From Candidatus Neochristensenella gallicola (GTDB taxonomy: Bacteria > Bacillota > Clostridia > Christensenellales > QALW01): a DNA stretch of 59,105 nucleotides. Numbering within the stretch: position 1 is the stretch's first letter; the number at the start of each line of letters is the position of its first letter. A program made the translations under genes and the position numbers. The DNA is taken from NCBI GenBank assembly GCA_904419735.1, contig CAJFSR010000001.1:1-59105 (forward strand), written 5' to 3'. The notes under the pieces are model-generated. The model was not told the origin of the DNA. It made no database searches and worked only from the letters and a program-made list of their open reading frames with translations. Of the stretch, positions 50,700 to 59,105 are shown in pieces.

Positions 50700-52474
50700 G
50701 CAAGAAGAAAAAAGGTCTTTGGGCCAACTGTGCGTTTCTGCTTAAATTTGCATATCGGACCAACAGGACTATATTTTATATAAAAATACCGCAGATAGCG
50801 CTGAACGCGGCAACGCCGTTTATACCCATAATTTTTGTGAGGCTGATATTGAATGAGATAACTTTAGGCGGCGACTGGCAAAAAGTATTTTTTTATACCG
50901 TAATGCTTGCTCTGTCCAACTTTATTGCCGGAATATTAAGCTCTGTACTGGATGCGCTTGCGCTTAATCAGATGGATATAACGGTCAGAAAGATAAGGAA
51001 CAGTTTAGGCCAAATAATAATGAACATGCCTTACAGCGATGCCGAGCAGCCTCAGATCCGCGATTTTATGCAGCGCGCTCAGGACGGTACAAACTTTTCC
51101 AAGATTCTGGATCAGATTTCGACCATTATTTCTTCAGTCCTGACCGCAGCCGGCCTGGCTGCAGTTATAATTACCATTCAGCCTTTAATATTTATATTTA
51201 TAGCTTTAGTAGTGGCATGCCGTATGCTGGCTGACAGGCTTAATCTTAAAACCTGGGACAAGTGGAGGCCGAGATACGCGCCCATCATGCGCAAGTCACA
51301 TTATTATACTCATATAATGAAAAGTGTAGAATTTAGTAAAGAAATAAAAATAAACAGTCTGCAGGACTGGATTTTTAGCAAAGCAGACAATAATATGGAG
51401 ATATATCTTGAAACGTCAACGCAGCATAATAAAGAAATACGGCGCAACGGTATTTTCTCTACTGTAGCAAATATCCTTCAAGAGGGCGCGGTTTATTTAA
51501 TCCTGGCTTATCAGGTGATATTTAACGGGCTGCCCATAGGGGATTTTTCCATGTATTCTACGTCGGTATCTACCTTTTCCAACTGCATAAGTTCTATTGT
51601 TTGGGCGGCTGCGGAAATAATGCAAATTGGTTTGTTTGCAGGCGATTTCAGGTACTGTATAGAAATAGCTGATAAATCAAAGAAGCCGGACGGCGGTGTG
51701 ATTCCGCAAAGGGATTACAGGCATGTAAAACTTGAGTTTGACCATGTTTATTTTAAATATCCCAATACCGACAGATATATATTGAAGAATATTACCTTTG
51801 CGCTTCATGAAGGCGAATCCCTTTCACTTGTAGGCGTCAATGGAGCAGGCAAAACAACCATCGTAAAACTTATCTGCCGGCTGTATGAGCCGACAGAAGG
51901 GGCTATATTTTTAAATGGCGTGAATATAAACAGCTATTCATATAATGAATATATAGACTTGATAGGCGCGGTATTTCAGGATTTTAGACTATTCAGCTTT
52001 TCTGTTAAGGAAAACATTTCTTTTAACGAAAATCCTGACGATGAGGAGATTTTGGAATGTTTGAGACGCAGCGGGCTTGGAGAAAAAATTGATTCCCTGC
52101 CTAAAGGTATACATACAAACATAAATAAAGAGTTTGACAGCAATGGTATTGAATTTTCAGGAGGCGAGGGGCAGAAGCTGGCTATAGCGCGTTTAATTTA
52201 CAAGGATGCTCTGATAGACATTTTGGATGAACCTACTTCCGCTCTCGACCCTATTGCGGAAGCTGAAATTTACACAAAATTTCATGATATAACAAAGGGA
52301 AAGATGACAATATATATTTCACACAGGCTGTCCAGCTGTCAATTCTGTGATAAAATTGCGGTTTTGGATAATGGCGAGATAGTTCAATACGGTAATCATA
52401 AAGAATTAATTTCTAAGGAAGGCCTGTATTCTCAAATGTGGAAGATGCAAGCGCAATATTATGTGGAGGTCTGA
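50696..52474 (+). CDS. ABC exporter (fused TMD-NBD), paralogous partner
   Basis: GVNGAGKTT, FSGGEGQK, LDEPT and ISHRL motifs; overlaps the previous stop. Confidence 0.92.
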   Translation: MSKKKKGLWANCAFLLKFAYRTNRTIFYIKIPQIALNAATPFIPIIFVRLILNEITLGGDWQKVFFYTVMLALSNFIAGILSSVLDALALNQMDITVRKIRNSLGQIIMNMPYSDAEQPQIRDFMQRAQDGTNFSKILDQISTIISSVLTAAGLAAVIITIQPLIFIFIALVVACRMLADRLNLKTWDKWRPRYAPIMRKSHYYTHIMKSVEFSKEIKINSLQDWIFSKADNNMEIYLETSTQHNKEIRRNGIFSTVANILQEGAVYLILAYQVIFNGLPIGDFSMYSTSVSTFSNCISSIVWAAAEIMQIGLFAGDFRYCIEIADKSKKPDGGVIPQRDYRHVKLEFDHVYFKYPNTDRYILKNITFALHEGESLSLVGVNGAGKTTIVKLICRLYEPTEGAIFLNGVNINSYSYNEYIDLIGAVFQDFRLFSFSVKENISFNENPDDEEILECLRRSGLGEKIDSLPKGIHTNINKEFDSNGIEFSGGEGQKLAIARLIYKDALIDILDEPTSALDPIAEAEIYTKFHDITKGKMTIYISHRLSSCQFCDKIAVLDNGEIVQYGNHKELISKEGLYSQMWKMQAQYYVEV

Positions 52475-52478
52475 AATA

Positions 52479-54254
52479 ATGAAAGTTGTTATTGTGGACA
52501 GCGGGGTAAATAAGACGCATCCAATTTTTAAAAACACCAATACCAATATATGTTCTATGCAGTATCAGGATGGATATATTATAAATGCCGACAAGGATAA
52601 CGATTCGTTTGGGCATGGTACAGCTATTTCTGGGATAATCAGCCGTAATAATTCAGATGTTGAAATTACTGTCATTGGGATACCGGACTTGGAAAATGGC
52701 TTGGATGAAAATATTTTAATAGGAGTGTTAAATTATATATATGAAAAGGAAAAACCAGACATAATAAACTTAAGCCTTGGTGTGGAAATATGTGAATATT
52801 ATGAGGAATTATATGATGTCTGCAAAAAGTTGACCGAAAATGGCACTGTAATTATATCAGCCTTTAGTAATTCCGGTTCAATTTCATATCCTGCTGCTTT
52901 TGATAATGTAATTGGTGTGACAACCGGTTCTGGTGCTAATAGAATTGGTGATTTTGAATATATTGACGATACTATTGTAAATATAGCGGCAAAAGGGGGA
53001 ATACAGCGTGTAGCGTGGGCGAAGCCTGAATATATTATGATAGGCGGTAACAGCTTTGCATGTGCGCATGTAACGGCTCAGGCAATTAAATTCATTAGGG
53101 ATGAGAAGGCCGGAAGCATGGTTGAGGTATTGCAGAAATTTAAAGAAATAGCTGTCAAGCAGTACATCATTAAACCATTCGCAGTTCATTCCTCTTTATT
53201 TTCGATAACTAAGGCGGCAATCTTTCCTTTTAATAAAGAAATGCACAGTTTAATCAGATACAACAGTTTATTAAATTTCCAAATATGCGAAGTTTATGAT
53301 ACTAAATATTCTGCTACGGTTGGGTCTACTACCTCTCATATAATGAAGGATTCCTCGGTTCAAAATATTCAGATAAAAAACATAGAAGATATCGAGTGGA
53401 ATAATTTTGATACTTTAATTTTGGGTCATACGGATGAGTTGACTTCGCTTTTAAATAGGCATGAGCTTAAAAATAGTATAATTAATGAAGCCTTGAAAAG
53501 AAACAAAAAGATTTATTCTTTTGATGATCTTGGGCAATATGACAACAGTAATATTTATTTTCCCAGCGTACAATATGCACCGCCAAGCAGATTCGGCATG
53601 TTATATCGTATATCCAAACCTGTTTTGGGTGTTTTTGGTACAAGCTCGCGTCAAGGGAAATTTACTTTACAGCTTAAACTGAGGCAGATGCTGTTGGAAG
53701 CCGGCTATAATATTGGTCAGATAGGTACAGAGCCAAGCGCTCTATTATATGGAATGGATTATGTATTTCCTATGGGGTATAATTCTTCAGTATATATTAA
53801 AGAATATGAAACGGTTAGGTATTTAAATTATGTGCTTAACGAGCTGTGTATGAACAAAAAAGATATTATTCTGGTAGGCTCTCAGTCGGGTACGGTTACT
53901 TATGATACCGGCAGTATAAAGCAATATAATATACCCCAGTATAGTTTTTTAATAGGTACACAGCCTGATGCCGTAATTTTATGTGTAAATCCCTTTGATG
54001 AAGCTGAATACATAGAACGAACCATAAATTTCATACAATCTTGTGTTAACTGCAAAGTTATTTCTTTAGTTGTTTTTCCTATGGATATTCGTGAGGATTG
54101 GGCGGGAATATATAATTCCAAGATACGCTTATCAGATTCTAGATACGAAATTCTTAAGTGCACACTATCTGATAGGTTTAATATACCAATATATAAATTA
54201 GGCATAGAAGAAGACATGAGAGATTTATTAAAAACTGTTATTGATTTCTTTTGA
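52479..54254 (+). CDS. S8 subtilisin-like peptidase fused to a DUF1611-like P-loop domain
   Basis: Catalytic triad in DSG, GHGT and GNSFA; C-terminal GTSSRQGKFT, QIGTEP and GTQPDAVILCVN; no signal peptide; RBS GGAGG before ATG 52479. Confidence 0.8.
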   Translation: MKVVIVDSGVNKTHPIFKNTNTNICSMQYQDGYIINADKDNDSFGHGTAISGIISRNNSDVEITVIGIPDLENGLDENILIGVLNYIYEKEKPDIINLSLGVEICEYYEELYDVCKKLTENGTVIISAFSNSGSISYPAAFDNVIGVTTGSGANRIGDFEYIDDTIVNIAAKGGIQRVAWAKPEYIMIGGNSFACAHVTAQAIKFIRDEKAGSMVEVLQKFKEIAVKQYIIKPFAVHSSLFSITKAAIFPFNKEMHSLIRYNSLLNFQICEVYDTKYSATVGSTTSHIMKDSSVQNIQIKNIEDIEWNNFDTLILGHTDELTSLLNRHELKNSIINEALKRNKKIYSFDDLGQYDNSNIYFPSVQYAPPSRFGMLYRISKPVLGVFGTSSRQGKFTLQLKLRQMLLEAGYNIGQIGTEPSALLYGMDYVFPMGYNSSVYIKEYETVRYLNYVLNELCMNKKDIILVGSQSGTVTYDTGSIKQYNIPQYSFLIGTQPDAVILCVNPFDEAEYIERTINFIQSCVNCKVISLVVFPMDIREDWAGIYNSKIRLSDSRYEILKCTLSDRFNIPIYKLGIEEDMRDLLKTVIDFF

Positions 54255-54312
54255 GTTATAATATTTATAAACCGCTCTTTTGTTCTTGCTATATTATGCA
54301 GGGGCAATATGG

Positions 54313-54356
54313 AAAAAGGACCGCCGCTCAATATATTTAATATTGAGCGGCGGTCC
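54313..54356 (-). terminator. Intrinsic terminator of clpC (possibly bidirectional)
   Basis: 17-bp stem GGACCGCCGCTCAATAT / ATATTGAGCGGCGGTCC with a T-run on the minus strand. Confidence 0.8.
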
Positions 54357-54369
54357 GCGCTTCTGAAAA

Positions 54370-56835
54370 TTATTCAGAAGCCTTGCTCGAATCAGCGGCC
54401 GTTGCGCTGTCCAGCTTTTTTATTGTTATTTTATCCTCTTCGGCATCCAAGAGCACCTTGTCCGAGAGTTTTATTGTTCCGGCCAAAAGCTCTTCGCTTA
54501 ATCTGTCTTCTACAGTCCGCTGTATTTCGCGGCGGAGCGGCCGCGCGCCGTAAACAGGATCAAAGCCTTTTTTGGCCAGCAGATCGCGGGCCGCGTCGGT
54601 AACGGTAAGGTATACCCCGCGCTCTTCCAGTCTCTTAATTACCTGGCTGAGCATAAGGGAAGCGATTTCCTTAATATCAGCCTCTCTGAGGGGATGGAAT
54701 ACTATGATTTCGTCTATACGGTTCAGGAACTCAGGACGGAAAGTCTTTTTAAGCTCGGACGTCATTATATCCTTAATCTCCTCATATTCCTTTTCACCCT
54801 GGGGCGTGCCGCTGCTGAAACCTAATGTTTTCTTATCCCGTATATTCTGCGCGCCCACATTGCTGGTCATTATTATTACGGTGTTTTTAAAGTCTACCGT
54901 TCTGCCTTTGCCGTCTGTCAGCCGTCCGTCCTCAAGGATTTGCAGCAGGACGTTAAATACGTCAGGATGCGCTTTTTCTATTTCATCGAGCAGTACTACC
55001 GAATAGGGCTTGCGCCGTATTTTTTCGGTGAGCTGGCCGCCCTCGTCATAGCCTACATATCCCGGAGGCGCTCCGATCAGACGTGCCGTGGTATGCTTCT
55101 CCATATATTCGCTCATATCAATGCGCACCATCGCGCTGCTGTCCCCAAAGAGCGCTTCGGCTAAAGCCTTGCACAGTTCGGTTTTGCCTACGCCGGTAGG
55201 TCCAAGGAAGATAAATGAGCCGATTGGCCTTTTAGGATCCTTCAGCCCGGCATAAGCCCTTCTGACGGCGCGTGATACGGCCGCTACCGCTTCGTCTTGG
55301 CCGATTACCCGCTTATGCAGCACTTCTTCCAGGTGAAGCAGCCTGTCGGCTTCGTCCTGCGTAAGGCGCTTTACCGGAATGCCAGTCCAGGATGAAACAA
55401 TTTCAGCTATATGCTCGGCCGTTACTACCGGCTTTTCAGTCTGGGTCTTATCGTTCCATTCCTTGCGGCGCTTTTCCATATCCTCTTTAATAGCCTTCTC
55501 CTCATCTCTTACCGATGCGGCGCGCTCGTAATTCTGCTGGGAAATTGCTTCTTCCTTTTCGGCAGAAAGCGCTTTAAGCTTATCCTCAAGCTCTTTCATA
55601 TCCTGCGGCACTGTGATAGAATTAATCCTTACCCGGCTGGCCGCTTCGTCGATAAGGTCTATAGCTTTATCGGGCAGGAAACGGTCGCTTATATATCTGT
55701 CCGAGAGATTAACCGCTTCTTTTATCGCTTCGTCCGAGATAATAACCTTATGATGGGCTTCATATTTATCCCTAAGGCCCATAAGTATCTGAACAGCTTC
55801 CTCAGGGGAGGGGGGATTGACGGTCACAGGCTGGAACCTGCGCTCGAGAGCTGCGTCCTTCTCTATATATTTGCGGTATTCGTTCAGAGTGGTGGCGCCT
55901 ATGGTCTGCATTTCGCCTCTTGCCAGCATAGGCTTAATTATATTGGCCGCGTCTATAGCGCCTTCAGCTGCGCCTGCGCCCACAAGAGTATGCACTTCAT
56001 CTATGAACAGAATTATATTTCCGGCCTTTTTAAGTTCGTTAATTGCGCCTTTAAGCCGCTCTTCAAATTCGCCGCGGTATTTGGCGCCTGCAAGCATACC
56101 TGTAAGGTCGAGCGCAATCAAACGCTTGTTTTTAAGATTTTCAGGCACGCTGCCCTGGACTATTTTCTGGGCCAGCCCTTCTACAACCGCGGATTTTCCT
56201 ACGCCCGGCTCGCCCAGCAGTATCGGGTTGTTTTTAGTCCGGCGGGACAATATCTGTATTATCCTTTCTATTTCCGTGTCCCTGCCTATAACCGGGTCTA
56301 ATTCGTTATTTTTGGCAGCGGCGGTTAAATCCCGTCCGTATTGGTCCAGTATAGGGGTTTTATCTCCCTTATTGGAGCCGTGGACGCTTCCCGGCGCGCC
56401 GGACGAAGCCTGCTGATTAAAGATGCTTTCCAGCATGGGGCGGGGATCAGGAAGCAGTTCGGCCAGTATCCGCGCGGCTACTCCGTCCCGTTCGTTCAGC
56501 AGAGCAAGAAGCATATGCTCTGTGCCTGTATAATTTTGTCCCATCTGCCGCGCCTGCTGCATGCTCATCTCCAATATTCGTTTGCTGCGCGGCGTAAAAT
56601 CAAAGTTTGCAGTTATGTTAAAATCTCCGCTGCCCACAAGGTTTTTGGCCAGCTCGGCTATCCTTTCGGGGGTGACGCCGTATTCCCGAAGCGCTTCTCC
56701 GGCGGCGCTGTCCCCCGAAGCAATACCGTATAAAATATGCTCGGTGCCGACATAATTAAAGCCGTTTGCCTGTGCAAATTCCTGGGCAGTGCTGAGCGCA
56801 TTCTGCGCGTTGTCGGTAAATCCTCCGTACATCAT
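54370..56835 (-). CDS. clpC: ATP-dependent Clp protease ATPase ClpC
   Basis: Clp N-repeats, two AAA+ modules (GEPGVGKS, GPTGVGKT), UVR domain; ctsR operon context. Confidence 0.96.
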   Translation of the reverse strand: MMYGGFTDNAQNALSTAQEFAQANGFNYVGTEHILYGIASGDSAAGEALREYGVTPERIAELAKNLVGSGDFNITANFDFTPRSKRILEMSMQQARQMGQNYTGTEHMLLALLNERDGVAARILAELLPDPRPMLESIFNQQASSGAPGSVHGSNKGDKTPILDQYGRDLTAAAKNNELDPVIGRDTEIERIIQILSRRTKNNPILLGEPGVGKSAVVEGLAQKIVQGSVPENLKNKRLIALDLTGMLAGAKYRGEFEERLKGAINELKKAGNIILFIDEVHTLVGAGAAEGAIDAANIIKPMLARGEMQTIGATTLNEYRKYIEKDAALERRFQPVTVNPPSPEEAVQILMGLRDKYEAHHKVIISDEAIKEAVNLSDRYISDRFLPDKAIDLIDEAASRVRINSITVPQDMKELEDKLKALSAEKEEAISQQNYERAASVRDEEKAIKEDMEKRRKEWNDKTQTEKPVVTAEHIAEIVSSWTGIPVKRLTQDEADRLLHLEEVLHKRVIGQDEAVAAVSRAVRRAYAGLKDPKRPIGSFIFLGPTGVGKTELCKALAEALFGDSSAMVRIDMSEYMEKHTTARLIGAPPGYVGYDEGGQLTEKIRRKPYSVVLLDEIEKAHPDVFNVLLQILEDGRLTDGKGRTVDFKNTVIIMTSNVGAQNIRDKKTLGFSSGTPQGEKEYEEIKDIMTSELKKTFRPEFLNRIDEIIVFHPLREADIKEIASLMLSQVIKRLEERGVYLTVTDAARDLLAKKGFDPVYGARPLRREIQRTVEDRLSEELLAGTIKLSDKVLLDAEEDKITIKKLDSATAADSSKASE

Positions 56836-56891
56836 AATAAAAACTCCTTCTTCCCGATGATTTTGTTAATTTGCTGTCGGGAGGCAGCTCT

Positions 56892-57884
56892 TTAATTTAT
56901 CTGTGCCTGACTGATGCGATCCGCAACCAGTCTGGCTCTTATTTCATCTCTTTGAGCCTGGGTCAACTCTTTTCCTTCCTTGCGGGAGATAACGGCCGGC
57001 TGAACGTCTACTATCAGGCTGTCCAAATCCGCCTCATTCTCCGCGGTTATAAGTCCCATGCCTATTCCCAGCTTTATATCCGAGAACAGGCTCATAAATT
57101 CATCTCTGGATAACAGCCGGGCATTAGTCAGGATTCCGTACGCCCTGCAAATCCTGTCGGCGATATAGTTGTTGCTTTTTAGGGCCTCGCGTATTTCAGT
57201 TTCGCTTTTTATAAGCTGTTCGCAGGTGTTTTTGACCAGCTTGACTATTTCACTGCGCGTATTTCCCAGGGTAATGCGGTTGGATATTTGATATATATCT
57301 CCTTTTGCCTCCGAGCCCTCGCCGAACATGCCGCGGATGGTTATGCCTAGTTTAGACATATTGTCCATTACCGTCTGCATGCGTTTGGTAAGAGCTATAG
57401 CAGGCAGGTGCACCATAGCCGAGGCCCGCATGCCTGTTCCGAGGTTGGTGGGGCAGCAGGTCAGATAGCCCCAATTAGCATCCCGCGCAAATTCAAGCCC
57501 CATTTCCTGGAGCTCTTTATCTGTCTGAACTGCCTGTTCCAGGCTTTCCTCCAGCGAGAAACCATTGGATATAGCCTGTATCCTTATATGGTCCTCCTCA
57601 TTTATCATGACTGAAACCCTGGAATTTTTCTTCAGGCATACGGCTCCGCTCTGGGTGTTGGCGGCTAATTCGCGGCTTATCTGATGGCTTTCAAAGAGCA
57701 TCTGCCTTTCTAATTCGCTTATGCTGTCCATAGTCATAACCGAATATTCGCCGCTTTTGGCTATTTGGTTTATAACGGCCTGCTCCAGCTCCTTCTGCAT
57801 GGCCAGGGAGGAATTATTAACAAAGGGCCTGCCCTTAATGTTTCGCGCTAACCTTACGCGGGTGGAAAGCACTATATCGTTCAT
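56892..57884 (-). CDS. mcsB: Protein-arginine kinase McsB
   Basis: STRVRLARN, NEEDHIRIQ and GYLTCCPTNLGTGMRAS motifs. Confidence 0.94.
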   Translation of the reverse strand: MNDIVLSTRVRLARNIKGRPFVNNSSLAMQKELEQAVINQIAKSGEYSVMTMDSISELERQMLFESHQISRELAANTQSGAVCLKKNSRVSVMINEEDHIRIQAISNGFSLEESLEQAVQTDKELQEMGLEFARDANWGYLTCCPTNLGTGMRASAMVHLPAIALTKRMQTVMDNMSKLGITIRGMFGEGSEAKGDIYQISNRITLGNTRSEIVKLVKNTCEQLIKSETEIREALKSNNYIADRICRAYGILTNARLLSRDEFMSLFSDIKLGIGMGLITAENEADLDSLIVDVQPAVISRKEGKELTQAQRDEIRARLVADRISQAQIN

Positions 57885-57907
57885 TTTTACTCTTCCTCTC
57901 ATTTAAT

Positions 57908-58396
57908 TTATTTTTTTGATTCTTCTTCGGCGCGTATCTGGTCGCGCAGCTGGGCGGCGCGCTCGTATTCTTCGGCTGCAACCGCCTTATTCAGCTCTTC
58001 CTTTAAGGCCTTGAGCTTATCCTCAGGAGAAGCCTTCGCCGCTTCGGCGGGTACGTCGGGCTTATCTATAACGCTGCCCTGTATTCTTCTTATTACAGGC
58101 CTCAATTCCTCCCTGAAGCTGTCATAGCACTGGTCGCAGCCTAACAGGCCGTTGCTCCGGAACTGCTGAAAATGATAACCGCATGCGGGGCAGACCTTAT
58201 CCATAATGCTTTCGGGCGAAGCCAGGCCGAACCCTCCGGCAAACAGGCTGTTCAGCATGCTGTTAAAGCTGCCTAAGGAATTGAGCCCAAGCTGAGAAGC
58301 GCATTTGGAGCATAGGTGCCTTGTGCTCTTAACGCCGTTAATAACAGTATTTACTACTACAGAAGCTTCATTTTGATTGCAATTTTGACATAACAT
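57908..58396 (-). CDS. mcsA: McsA activator (CXXC motifs plus UVR domain)
   Basis: Four CXXC motifs; EEYERAAQLRDQI. Confidence 0.92.
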   Translation of the reverse strand: MLCQNCNQNEASVVVNTVINGVKSTRHLCSKCASQLGLNSLGSFNSMLNSLFAGGFGLASPESIMDKVCPACGYHFQQFRSNGLLGCDQCYDSFREELRPVIRRIQGSVIDKPDVPAEAAKASPEDKLKALKEELNKAVAAEEYERAAQLRDQIRAEEESKK

Positions 58397-58408
58397 AAAT
58401 CATTCCTC

Positions 58409-58873
58409 CTAATCCTTTTTAAGAATAGCTATCAGTTCCTGTTTTAAAATCTCTGCCCGCAGTATATTTTTTATGTTCAGCGGCACTGCGAGCGCATTGT
58501 CTGAAATGGAAGCCTGCATTATCCTGGCTTCATTCTTATCAATTATGTTATTGGAATATAACTGATGAATGAGGTCCTCGGCTTCCCTTCGGCTGATATT
58601 TTTTCCCATGCCTCCGTTTACCAGATGGTACAGAAAATCATTTTTAGCAGTATTGACCTTTACCACCCTTATATATCCGCCGCCGCCCCGTCTGGATTCA
58701 ATGGCATAGCCTCTGTCCAGATTGAAGCGGGTTGCAAGTACATAATTTATCTGCGAGGGCGCGCATGAGAAATAATGAGCCAATTCGTTCCGCTGAAGTT
58801 CTATTGCATCCTCCTCCTCCAGCAAAGAGAGAATAAATTTCTCTATGCTGTCGCTTATAGCCGACACTCGCAA
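58409..58873 (-). CDS. ctsR: Class III heat-shock repressor CtsR
   Basis: CAPSQINYVLATRF and ESRRGGGGYIR motifs. Confidence 0.95.
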   Translation of the reverse strand: MRVSAISDSIEKFILSLLEEEDAIELQRNELAHYFSCAPSQINYVLATRFNLDRGYAIESRRGGGGYIRVVKVNTAKNDFLYHLVNGGMGKNISRREAEDLIHQLYSNNIIDKNEARIMQASISDNALAVPLNIKNILRAEILKQELIAILKKD

Positions 58874-58892
58874 TCACCTCCAAAAGATTGTC

Positions 58893-58939
58893 TTTGACTT
58901 TCTTTGACTTTAGTATATGCTTTTCAAAGGAAATGTCAA
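58893..58939 (-). promoter_or_regulatory. ctsR promoter with a CtsR operator
   Basis: Minus strand TTGACA-16 bp-TATACT followed by the AGTCAAA-GAA-AGTCAAA heptad repeat. Confidence 0.85.
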
Positions 58940-59007
58940 GTGTTTTTTAAACTTTTTTTGTAAACAAATTATGAACTCCGGAAGCAAATATTTATAATTT
59001 GCAGGTG

Positions 59008-59105
59008 TGTAGGATTACAATAGATATTGGACAGGTAGAGTAAAAAAAGGATGAAGGATAAGGCCTCATCGGTTATAGTTAAGTTACGACACAACAACTA
59101 TACGA
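59008..59105 (+). mobile_element. Terminal fragment of an IS-like repeat, inverted copy of 1-99
   Basis: 98 bp identical to the reverse complement of 2-99. Confidence 0.65.

Noticed and set aside
50358-52181. Identical 34-bp stretch in both ABC genes (50358-50391 and 52148-52181)
   Set aside because: Encodes the conserved IEFSGGEGQKL signature of paralogues; not a separate element
54572-56755. Long plus-strand ORFs (up to 296 aa) opposite clpC
   Set aside because: Antisense shadows of a highly conserved gene

Overview
This 59.1-kb window looks like chromosome from a spore-forming Clostridia-class firmicute (inferred from gene content). It is mostly housekeeping: metF-activation domain-metH, SOS-boxed dinB, lysine-riboswitch asd-dapA-dapB, T-box pheST, lysA-scpAB, ytfI-ytfJ-dacB-minDE, the glycogen operon glgBCDAP plus a GH13, yaaL with a short bofA-like ORF, and ctsR-mcsA-mcsB-clpC. 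Accessory structure: (1) a tyrosine recombinase beside a ~290-bp invertible promoter, currently OFF, that would control a 1090-aa collagen/beta-repeat/LRR surface fibre; (2) a family of ~278-bp non-coding MITE/REP-like elements built from two inverted hairpin units with compensatory base changes (two intact and two degenerate copies, one disrupting a NERD gene); (3) a 155-bp palindrome with a three-hairpin head; (4) an orphan 36-30-36 bp CRISPR-geometry repeat; (5) an AT-rich ABC-ABC-S8/DUF1611 peptide-processing cassette with no visible precursor; (6) inverted copies of the same IS-like end at both window termini. No tRNA or rRNA genes, cas genes or transposase genes were recognised. Family names come from motif recognition, not database searches.
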